DNA of 12,392 nucleotides. Origin: an archaeon. GTDB taxonomy: Archaea > Iainarchaeota > Iainarchaeia > Iainarchaeales > CSSED10-239. Shown here in pieces: positions 1 through 5,927 of the stretch; the stretch's first letter is position 1; each line of letters opens with the position of its first letter. The stretch lies in the NCBI GenBank assembly GCA_037147375.1, contig JBAWVI010000022.1:1-12392 (forward strand), in the 5' to 3' direction. The notes under the pieces were generated by a model that was not told the DNA's origin, made no database searches, and was given only the letters and a program-made list of their open reading frames with translations. The position numbers and the translations under genes are program-made.

Positions 1-1304
1 CTAATGGTGTATATAAACTTACACCAATAAATTTACCAACAGATGTAATTAAAGTGCAATATCTTCTTGATGAAACATCTGAGCTTTGTTTAAAAGATAA
101 AAATTCAACAAATTTTTCATGCGATTTTAATAGCTTTGATTTTGAAGATGGAAATCACCTAATTTCTGCACTTGCTTATGATAAGGCATTGAATGTAGGA
201 ACAAAAAAAATTTCAGTAGCTGTTGAAAATGTTAATGAGGTTATGGTAGAAAGAGAAGAATTATTAGAATCAATTGAATTTAATTTAGATTTAATTAATT
301 CAGAATTAAATATTTATGAAGCATTACTTATTACAATAAATTCAGATGTTAATATTAAATTAAACACTGTGTATGAAAAAATAACTGCAGCACAGACATT
401 AGTTGGAGTTAATGAAGTTTCAGCAAATGAATTATATAATCAAGCAAATAATATTTTAATTGAAGTGAAAGATGTGCTCCCAAAGCAATCAACAATTAAG
501 CTTAAAACTATTTCAAGTAAATATGATTCAAATTCATCAATTGATGTGACTTTATCAACTAATGATGCAAACACAATAACTAATACAACTAAGTTATATG
601 AAACAGCAGCAATAACAGTTGATCGTAATTTTTTGATTATGGATGTAAGTTCTCAAAAATATTATTCAGTTTCACTTGAATTTAAAAATTCATCCGCAAA
701 TCCAATAACAATTACATTTATTGAAGAAATTCCAAAAGAATTTGCAAGCGATATTAGAGATTTAATATTTGCAGATAAAGTTGAAGTTTTAGTGACTGAT
801 CCAGTAATTAAACACACAATTACTATACCTGCAAAGGGATCAACCATTGTAAGATATAATAAAAAAGATCCAATTACTGAATTAGATGTAATAACAAAAT
901 TCGAGTTAATTAATTTTAAATCTCCTGTAATTTTATCTGGAGAAGTTGCTTCTAATAAATTAATAATTGTTTCATCTACTATTAAACAAAAATTGTTTAC
1001 TTATATTGGTATTTTCGTAATTTCATTACTTCTTTTATTAATAATTACATGGCTTGTTGTTTCTGCAAATAAGAAAAAACCTGAACTTGGTAAACCAACT
1101 GCAAAAGATGAAATATATAATACTCTTGGAAAAGGAGATTTTGAAAAACTATCAAAGCTTAAAGATAATCCATCTACTAATAATAAGATTAATGAAGGAA
1201 TGGGTAATCCTACTGCAAGTAAAGTTGCTGTTGATGATAAATTTCAAAGTAATTATGATTTTATATTAGATGCCGTAAAACGATCAAACAGAGATAAGAA
1301 ATGA
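1..1304 (+). CDS. Cell-surface/envelope protein, C-terminal part (5' end lies outside the window): Ig-like domain remnant, long extracellular region, single C-terminal TM anchor, basic cytoplasmic tail
   Basis: The frame is open from nt 3 (NGVYKLTPINLPTDVIK...) with no stop before the track's GTG at 54, so the ORF is cut by the window edge. ISALAYDKALNVG resembles the A-x-D-x-A-G-N signature of Ig-like surface domains. The hydrophobic helix FTYIGIFVISLLLLLIITWLVVSA is followed by NKKKPELGK (positive-inside) and a tail of about 95 aa. Confidence 0.6.
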   Translation, partial: NGVYKLTPINLPTDVIKVQYLLDETSELCLKDKNSTNFSCDFNSFDFEDGNHLISALAYDKALNVGTKKISVAVENVNEVMVEREELLESIEFNLDLINSELNIYEALLITINSDVNIKLNTVYEKITAAQTLVGVNEVSANELYNQANNILIEVKDVLPKQSTIKLKTISSKYDSNSSIDVTLSTNDANTITNTTKLYETAAITVDRNFLIMDVSSQKYYSVSLEFKNSSANPITITFIEEIPKEFASDIRDLIFADKVEVLVTDPVIKHTITIPAKGSTIVRYNKKDPITELDVITKFELINFKSPVILSGEVASNKLIIVSSTIKQKLFTYIGIFVISLLLLLIITWLVVSANKKKPELGKPTAKDEIYNTLGKGDFEKLSKLKDNPSTNNKINEGMGNPTASKVAVDDKFQSNYDFILDAVKRSNRDKK

Positions 1305-2491
1305 TAGAAGGCATAGATAAAAGGATAGTAATTGCTGGTGGTGGGCCAATAGGGCTTTACACTGCATACTTAATTAAGAAGCTTAATCCAAATATACTTG
1401 TTATTGTGCTTGAAGAGCATGAAGAAGTAGGAATTCCTACTTGTTGTTCAGGACTTATTTCTTTATCTGGATTTAATAAGACTAAACTTAAAGATTATAT
1501 AAATATCAATGATTATGTTATAAATAAAGTAAGAGGTGCTGATATATTTGGACCTCATGCAGTTATTTTGAAAGTAGAATCTAGAGAGTATAAAGCAATT
1601 GTTATTGATAGAGAAAAATTTGATAAGAAAATAAGAGATCTTGCATTATCTTTAGATGTTGATATTCAATATAATCAAAAATTAATTTCTGTTGAAGAGG
1701 ATAATATTAAGGTTAAAGATTTAAAAACAGGAATGATTTCTGATTTAAGATTTGATTTTTTAGTTGGAGCTGATGGTCCAAATTCAATTGTTAGAGATAG
1801 TATATTAACTACAAAACCAGAAACTGAATTTATACACACTTATCAGGTTATGGTTGAAGGTGAATTTGGAACTGAAGGGGTTTCTGTTTATCTTGGAGAT
1901 TTTGCAAAAGGTATGTTTGGGTGGGTTATTCCTGAATCACCATATAGAGCAAAGATTGGAGTTGGAACTAGTATTGGAACTAGAAATCCAAAAGAGCAGT
2001 TTGATAAATTTTTAGAAAGAAGTAAAATTAAGTTTGATAATGTTCTTTCAACAACTTCTGGAATTATTCCTGTTTCAAAACCACTTGAAACATATGCGCG
2101 TCACAATCGTTTGATTGTTGGAGATGCTGCTTGTTTTGTTAAAGCAACAACTGGTGGAGGAATAAACTTTGGTCTTCTTTCAGCAGAGGCAGCTGCAAAA
2201 GCAGTTAATGAAAGAATAAAAGAGTTTAAGGATCTTGAAAGCAATTACAAGCATCTTCTTTCAAGATATACAAGTGAACTTAAAACACATTATAAGATTA
2301 GAAAGTATATGGATTCCAAGAATAATATTGAACTTGAGAATCTTTTAATTAAGCTAAAAAAAATTGGTATTGAGAAATTCCTTGAACAAAGAGGGGATAT
2401 GGATTTTCCAAGTTATTTTATGCCAAGATTATTAACAAACCCTGGTTTCATTACTCTTGCTCCTGAAATAATAAAGTTTCTAAGAAGTTAA
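1301..2491 (+). CDS. FAD-dependent geranylgeranyl reductase family protein (digeranylgeranylglycerophospholipid reductase-like)
   Basis: N-terminal Rossmann dinucleotide motif IVIAGGGPIGLYTAY, then VGADGPNSIVR, then VGDAACFVKATTGGGI, in the order typical of archaeal GGR flavoproteins. The ATG at 1301 overlaps the upstream TGA (ATGA). Confidence 0.85.
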   Translation: MIEGIDKRIVIAGGGPIGLYTAYLIKKLNPNILVIVLEEHEEVGIPTCCSGLISLSGFNKTKLKDYININDYVINKVRGADIFGPHAVILKVESREYKAIVIDREKFDKKIRDLALSLDVDIQYNQKLISVEEDNIKVKDLKTGMISDLRFDFLVGADGPNSIVRDSILTTKPETEFIHTYQVMVEGEFGTEGVSVYLGDFAKGMFGWVIPESPYRAKIGVGTSIGTRNPKEQFDKFLERSKIKFDNVLSTTSGIIPVSKPLETYARHNRLIVGDAACFVKATTGGGINFGLLSAEAAAKAVNERIKEFKDLESNYKHLLSRYTSELKTHYKIRKYMDSKNNIELENLLIKLKKIGIEKFLEQRGDMDFPSYFMPRLLTNPGFITLAPEIIKFLRS

Positions 2492-2558
2492 TTAATTTTA
2501 ATTTTTCATAATTAATATATTTCCTTTAAAATTAGTGTTTTTAAGCTTTTTCTATTAG

Positions 2559-2566
2559 TATATATA
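2559..2566 (+). promoter_or_regulatory. Candidate TATA box for the Alba gene
   Basis: TATATATA lies about 55 nt upstream of the ATG in a 129-bp intergenic region. It would give a leader of roughly 30 nt carrying the SD motif. AT-rich background makes this weak evidence. Confidence 0.3.
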
Positions 2567-2606
2567 CTTATTAATTATACTAGGACTAGCAACAACTAAA
2601 ACAACT

Positions 2607-2613
2607 GAGGGGG
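2607..2613 (+). promoter_or_regulatory. Shine-Dalgarno-like ribosome-binding site for Alba
   Basis: GAGGGGG sits 7 nt upstream of the ATG at 2621. The same spacing recurs at GGAGTGA 7239-7245 before the ATG at 7253 and at GGAG 7928-7931 before the ATG at 7939. Confidence 0.55.
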
Positions 2614-2620
2614 AAATAAT

Positions 2621-2899
2621 ATGGACACAATGGAAAACAATATTATTTACATAGGTAAAAAAAATACAATGTCCTATGTTTTAGCTGTTATCACACAGTT
2701 TAATCAAGGTGCAGAATCAGTTATTATCAAAGCTAGAGGAAAAACAATTTCAAAGGCTGTTGATGTTGCAGAAATAGTTAAAAATAAGTTTGTAAATACT
2801 TTGAAAATAAAAAATATAGAAATTTCAACAGAAGAAATTATTACTGAAAACAATACACCTATGAAAGTATCTGCAATAGAAATAACTTTACTTAAGTAG
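2621..2899 (+). CDS. albA: Alba (Sac10b family) DNA/RNA-binding chromatin protein
   Basis: The 92-aa product carries NIIYIGKKNTMSYVLAVITQFNQGAESVIIKARGKTISKAVDVAEIVKNKF, which follows the conserved Alba core (IGKKPVMNYVLA...ARG.AIS.AVDVAEI). A strong SD lies upstream. Confidence 0.93.
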   Translation: MDTMENNIIYIGKKNTMSYVLAVITQFNQGAESVIIKARGKTISKAVDVAEIVKNKFVNTLKIKNIEISTEEIITENNTPMKVSAIEITLLK

Positions 2900-2929
2900 T
2901 TTTTATAAAAAAAAAGGGAGTGAAAATAT

Positions 2930-3124
2930 ATAGTTAGAAATACAATTGATTGGGTTGCAATAATTCTTTTGATTATTGGTGGTCTAAATTGGGGTCTTGT
3001 TGGGATTTTTAATTTCGATTTAGTTAAATTTTTATTCTCATCAATATCAATACTTATAAATATAATTTATATTCTTGTAGGTATTGCTGCAGTATATGGA
3101 ATAATTAGAATAAAGAATATATAA
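2930..3124 (+). CDS. DUF378-family small membrane protein (not in the supplied ORF track; start codon uncertain)
   Basis: The frame is open from 2924 (after TGA 2921-2923) to TAA 3122-3124. It encodes ..VRNTIDWVAIILLIIGGLNWGLVGIFNFDLVKFLFSSISILINIIYILVGIAAVYGIIRIKNI. The IIGGLNWGLVG...FDLV...YILVG.AA.Y pattern is the DUF378 (YuzA-like) signature with two TM helices. GGGAGTGA at 2916-2923 is an SD-like motif. There is no in-frame ATG or GTG, so the best-placed candidate is ATA at 2930. Confidence 0.7.
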   Translation: MVRNTIDWVAIILLIIGGLNWGLVGIFNFDLVKFLFSSISILINIIYILVGIAAVYGIIRIKNI

Positions 3125-3134
3125 TTATATATTC

Positions 3135-3149
3135 TTTTTTTTTATTTTT
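3135..3149 (+). terminator. Oligo-T tract (T9 A T5) after the DUF378 gene, in the convergent gap
   Basis: tttttttttattttt lies directly after the stop at 3124. Archaeal RNA polymerase terminates at oligo-T runs. Confidence 0.35.
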
Positions 3150-4611
3150 AATTTACAACTAACTTAGGTATTGGAAGATTTAATTTTGTAAAGTATGTAT
3201 TTACATCTAAAACAAAGTTCTTGTTTGTTACAAGTATATTTTCTTTTTCAAGCTCTATAAATCTTGGAGAGGTACGCTCTGGTGGGCAAGATCTAATTAT
3301 CATCTCTTGTTTGATTGCTTTAATTGCATTTGCAACTTCGGGTGTGTAAAATTTAGTATTTGTGTGTGCCATAAATCTAGGTATTTCAGATAATAAATCA
3401 GAAAGAAGAGAATATTCTGTCATATACAGAGTGTATGCAAAATTATTATCAAGCTCGCTTGATACTTTATTTGAATAATTAAGATAATTACTAATTGAAA
3501 TTGATTTTTCTATGATTTTTAATCTATTAATAAGTTTTGATATTATTTCAGAGATAAATGATTCGTTCTTTAAGCAATACCAATTAAGCTTATTGTTTTC
3601 ATTAGTAATTGTTACGTCTCCAGTCTCTGATAATCTAATAGCATCAGATAAGGGAATTTGTTGTTTTTCTCCAAAAAAGAATGGACCACAAGGAAGATCT
3701 TTGATTTTATTTTCATGCATGTAAACTAATCGATTCTCCTGTCTTTCATCTTCTTTATGATATTGATATCTAAATTGTTTATTAGTTGATATAAAATAAA
3801 ATCCATTTCTTTCAAACCTTACCTCGACTAATGAGTTAGATAACGTATTTAAATCAAATATCTTGCTTGGTTTACAGCAAGAGCAATTAATTGTTTCAAA
3901 TCCAACATTATAACGCCCTTTTAAAAGAAGGTGAGGCAGTACATTTGAAAAATCAAGACAATAACTTTTTTTCAAAGATTCTTTTTTTCTAGGGATAGAT
4001 ACAATTGGTCTATTTTTCAGAACTAGTGCATTTTTATAAAAATTATTTTCAAATAAAGTATTCAATATTTGATCATTTGGAATTTCATTACTTGGGTTTA
4101 TATATAATAAGTTACTTGTAATTAGTTTTCTTGTAATAGATGTACATATTTTTGTTTTTTCTGAATCAGAAAGATTATTTGTGATCTTCTTTATCGCAAT
4201 ATGTAAATCATTTTCATCTTTTATTTTTTTAATTTTATTTTCATGGGTAATGCAAAAGGTATCATAATAACTCCAATTATTGTTTAATAGGTATTGTCTT
4301 TCAGGTTCTAAAAGAATTATATTCTTTCCTGTTGATATTGAAATAATCTTAGAACACTTTTGTAAGATATCATAATTTCTTGCATTTACTTTAATTTTAT
4401 TTAATTCAATTCCTTCTATTTTAATATCTCCTTTGAATTCAGAAAGAAGCTTTTTTCCAAGATCTTGTGGAATATCAATATAAAAATAAGGATTAAATTT
4501 TTCTTTGTATGTAAAATCAAATTTGGAAGATAAAAGATTATTTGAAAAATAGAGTACAATTCTGTTTTTTTCATTCTCATATATAGAATTTAATAAATAT
4601 AATTTTTCCAT
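3148..4611 (-). CDS. Family-B DNA-polymerase-like protein, apparently lacking the exonuclease domain and catalytically degenerate
   Basis: Collinear PolB-like blocks are present. These are an N-terminal block (YLLNSIYENEKNRIVLYF...FNPYFYIDIP), EPERQYLLNNNW, a motif-A-like block (CLDFSNVLPHLLLKGRYNVGFETINCSCC), NWYCLKNESF, and a motif-C-like block (TLYMTEYSLL in place of Y-x-DTD-S). See findings. The long uninterrupted ORF makes coding status solid; the functional call is by eye. Confidence 0.55.
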   Translation of the reverse strand: MEKLYLLNSIYENEKNRIVLYFSNNLLSSKFDFTYKEKFNPYFYIDIPQDLGKKLLSEFKGDIKIEGIELNKIKVNARNYDILQKCSKIISISTGKNIILLEPERQYLLNNNWSYYDTFCITHENKIKKIKDENDLHIAIKKITNNLSDSEKTKICTSITRKLITSNLLYINPSNEIPNDQILNTLFENNFYKNALVLKNRPIVSIPRKKESLKKSYCLDFSNVLPHLLLKGRYNVGFETINCSCCKPSKIFDLNTLSNSLVEVRFERNGFYFISTNKQFRYQYHKEDERQENRLVYMHENKIKDLPCGPFFFGEKQQIPLSDAIRLSETGDVTITNENNKLNWYCLKNESFISEIISKLINRLKIIEKSISISNYLNYSNKVSSELDNNFAYTLYMTEYSLLSDLLSEIPRFMAHTNTKFYTPEVANAIKAIKQEMIIRSCPPERTSPRFIELEKENILVTNKNFVLDVNTYFTKLNLPIPKLVVN

Positions 4612-4650
4612 AATCTATTTTCCTTATAGTTTCACAAATCCTTGATGTTT

Positions 4651-4864
4651 AGGGGAGAGAAAAAGATGATTGGTGGCAGGCCATATCATCTTAATCTTTA
4701 AAGAAAGCTTTAAATTAAAAGAGTAAAAAGAGGGAATCCCTGCCCCCTTCAAAACCCTTCCGCTTTTCCTATTTTCTATTATATATGTACTACAAGGTAG
4801 GGTATATGCTTTTGGGAGGGGGGTATCTGGCCAAGCATATTTGTTATCCAAACTATAGTTTTTT
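4651..4864 (+). ncRNA. Candidate structured RNA of unassigned class (G+C-rich island in divergent intergenic region); strand tentative
   Basis: The island contains G/C runs that are rare elsewhere in the window (GGGGAGAG, GGTGGCAGGCC, CCCTGCCCCC, GGGAGGGGGG). Perfect or near-perfect complementary segments are 4663-4673/4681-4692, 4697-4703/4708-4714, 4743-4750/4815-4822 (one G:U on + that would be A:C on -), 4754-4761/4796-4803 and 4804-4811/4833-4840. The + strand has no T run of 5 or more inside the island and ends in a palindrome plus T6. The - strand would contain two U5 tracts. Confidence 0.4.
4850..4864 (+). terminator. Palindrome AAACTATAGTTT running into T6; candidate 3' end of the + strand RNA
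   Basis: The 12-nt perfect palindrome at 4850-4861 overlaps the T run at 4859-4864. It lies immediately after the last G+C-rich helix. Confidence 0.35.
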
Positions 4865-4865
4865 A

Positions 4866-4895
4866 TATACTTTATAATATATATAATATATATCA
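4866..4895 (+). promoter_or_regulatory. TATA-rich tract, candidate promoter region for the DHH gene (and, read on the - strand at 4861-4868, a TATATAAA box pointing into the G+C-rich island)
   Basis: tatactttataatatatataatatatatc lies 37-66 nt upstream of the ATG at 4932. This is low-complexity AT sequence, so specificity is poor. Confidence 0.3.
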
Positions 4896-4931
4896 AATAA
4901 ATTTGATTAATAACAAATTAATAAGAATATT

Positions 4932-5813
4932 ATGATTTATATAACTGGCCACATATATCCTACTACTGATTTAGATAGTATTGCTTCATCAATTCTTTTA
5001 CCTAAATTTATTAAAAAGAAATATAATTTAGAATCAAAAGCAATATATCTTGGATCAAAGAATAATGATCTATCAAAACTTATAATTAGATTAGGTTTTT
5101 CTTTTCCAAAAAAGTATACTATAGATAAAACAGATTTATTTGTACTTGTGGATCATAATTTACCAACTATTTCTATACATACTAAAGGATATAAAAATAG
5201 AATATTTGGAATTGTTGATCACCATAGAGATAAACAAACAGAATATATAAAGTTCAAGATTATAAAAAAGTTAGGATCGTGTGCAACTATAATTTATAAT
5301 TTATACAAACAAAATAATATTGAAATTAATAATAAAGAAGCAAAGTTAATGTATTATGCAATAATTGTTGATACTTTAGGACTTTCTGTTGATGCAACTA
5401 GAAAACAAGATATACTAGTTATTAATGAATTAAAAGCAAAATATAAAAACCTACCATCAATAGAATTTGTATTATCAGATGTATTTAATTTTAATCTAAA
5501 TAAAAGTATTAAACAAAAATTATTAGAAGATGAAAAAATATGCACTTATAAAAAAAATAAAATAATCCTTTCAAATATTAAAACAAATGGTGAACTTATT
5601 AATTTAAAAGCCATAAAAAAATATTTGAAAAAAGGTTTTCATCTAAATGTAGTTATGATTTTAGATTTGAAAAATAAAACCACAGATATATATTATTTTG
5701 GTAAACTATCTAAATATTTCATTAATAAAAAGTATAATAAATTATTATCAAGAAAACGATATTTAGTGCCATTTATTGAGAAAAAAATAGATAAACTAGA
5801 TATTCCACAATAA
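4932..5813 (+). CDS. DHH/DHHA2-family phosphoesterase (family II inorganic pyrophosphatase / nanoRNase-like)
   Basis: The DHH motifs appear in order: GHIYPTTDLDSIAS (motif I, H..D.D..S), FVLVDHN (motif II), GIVDHHRD (motif III, DHH) and IIVDTLGL (motif IV). The C-terminal LLSRKRYLVPFI resembles the DHHA2 SRKKQ..P element. Confidence 0.75.
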   Translation: MIYITGHIYPTTDLDSIASSILLPKFIKKKYNLESKAIYLGSKNNDLSKLIIRLGFSFPKKYTIDKTDLFVLVDHNLPTISIHTKGYKNRIFGIVDHHRDKQTEYIKFKIIKKLGSCATIIYNLYKQNNIEINNKEAKLMYYAIIVDTLGLSVDATRKQDILVINELKAKYKNLPSIEFVLSDVFNFNLNKSIKQKLLEDEKICTYKKNKIILSNIKTNGELINLKAIKKYLKKGFHLNVVMILDLKNKTTDIYYFGKLSKYFINKKYNKLLSRKRYLVPFIEKKIDKLDIPQ

Positions 5814-5833
5814 TTTAAACTATTGTGTTTTTT
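5806..5833 (+). terminator. Hairpin plus T6 after the DHH gene
   Basis: CACAATA (5806-5812) and TATTGTG (5821-5827) form a 7-bp inverted repeat with an 8-nt loop. It is followed directly by TTTTTT (5828-5833). Confidence 0.45.
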
Positions 5834-5927
5834 AAAAAAATATAATTTATAATATATTTTTAAATAGTTTCAAGTATATAATATATCTAAAATATAATAT
5901 AAAATAAGGTAAAAAGATAAGAATACT

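Noticed and set aside
662-847. A 61-aa antisense ORF inside the surface-protein gene.
   Set aside because: It is a shadow ORF fully nested opposite a much longer coherent ORF, with no start context or recognisable motif.
1054-1269. A 71-aa alternative-frame ORF inside the 3' end of the surface-protein gene.
   Set aside because: It is nested in another frame of the longer ORF. Its lysine/leucine/isoleucine-rich translation is typical of out-of-frame AT-rich sequence.
3512-3724. A 70-aa plus-strand ORF opposite the PolB-like gene.
   Set aside because: It is a shadow ORF nested in a 487-aa ORF that has collinear family motifs.
3148-4611. The PolB-like gene as part of a casposon or other self-synthesising mobile element, or of a retron/DRT-like defence module.
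   Set aside because: There is no Cas1, integrase, terminal inverted repeats or target-site duplications nearby. The flanking genes are ordinary housekeeping or envelope genes. The polymerase motifs appear inactivated, which does not fit a self-replicating element.
4731-4840. A possible tRNA, split tRNA or circularly permuted tRNA. AATCCCTGCCCCCTTCA looks like a T-arm and acceptor 3' end, GGAGGGGGG..TCTGGCCAAGC looks like an acceptor 5' strand plus D-loop, and the two pair with each other in permuted order.
   Set aside because: No 5-bp T stem with a 7-nt T loop can be drawn; AGGG-AAT-CCCT has a 3-nt loop. No anticodon arm forms downstream of the D-like segment in any register I tried, and position 8 would not be U. 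tRNAscan-SE or a split/permuted-tRNA search should still be run to be sure.
4651-4840. A replication-origin reading: G-strings followed by TGGC..GCCA dyads (4652-4683 and 4814-4833), with inverted G/C blocks flanking an AT-rich core (4764-4795). This is reminiscent of ORB elements around a DUE, and it sits next to a polymerase-like gene.
   Set aside because: No orc1/cdc6 gene is in the window. The two G-string/dyad units are in direct, not inverted, orientation, and there is no match to the ORB dyad consensus that I can recall. It is kept only as an alternative to test (GC-skew, Orc1 ChIP or marker-frequency data).
4651-4864. Assignment of the island to RNase P RNA (GAGGGAATCCC resembles CR-I GAGGAAAGUCC) or to SRP RNA (CAGGCC, GGTGG and, on the - strand, CCUUGUAGU resemble helix-8 and Alu-domain motifs).
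   Set aside because: For RNase P, no P4 partner strand (ACAGAA..GGCUUA-like) is present. For SRP RNA, no GNAR tetraloop flanked by the AGCA asymmetric loop is present. At about 210 nt the element is short for either RNA. The resemblances are short enough to be chance.
4624-4896. A 90-aa minus-strand ORF from the track (MIYIIYIIKYIKNYSL...).
   Set aside because: It starts in a low-complexity TATATA tract and has no SD. Its odd composition is not like neighbouring proteins, and it spans exactly the G+C-rich, helix-forming island. It is more parsimoniously a chance ORF over a structured RNA or DNA element. Conservation at the protein level in relatives would overturn this.
5354-5545. A 63-aa antisense ORF inside the DHH gene.
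   Set aside because: It is a shadow ORF. The DHH frame carries the ordered family motifs.
5834-5927. Repetitive TATAAT/ATATAA units (also at 4866-4895), considered as tandem repeats or a degenerate CRISPR-like array.
   Set aside because: These are irregular low-complexity AT sequence with no constant repeat/spacer periodicity. They sit in promoter positions upstream of genes, so they are best read as TATA-rich promoter DNA.
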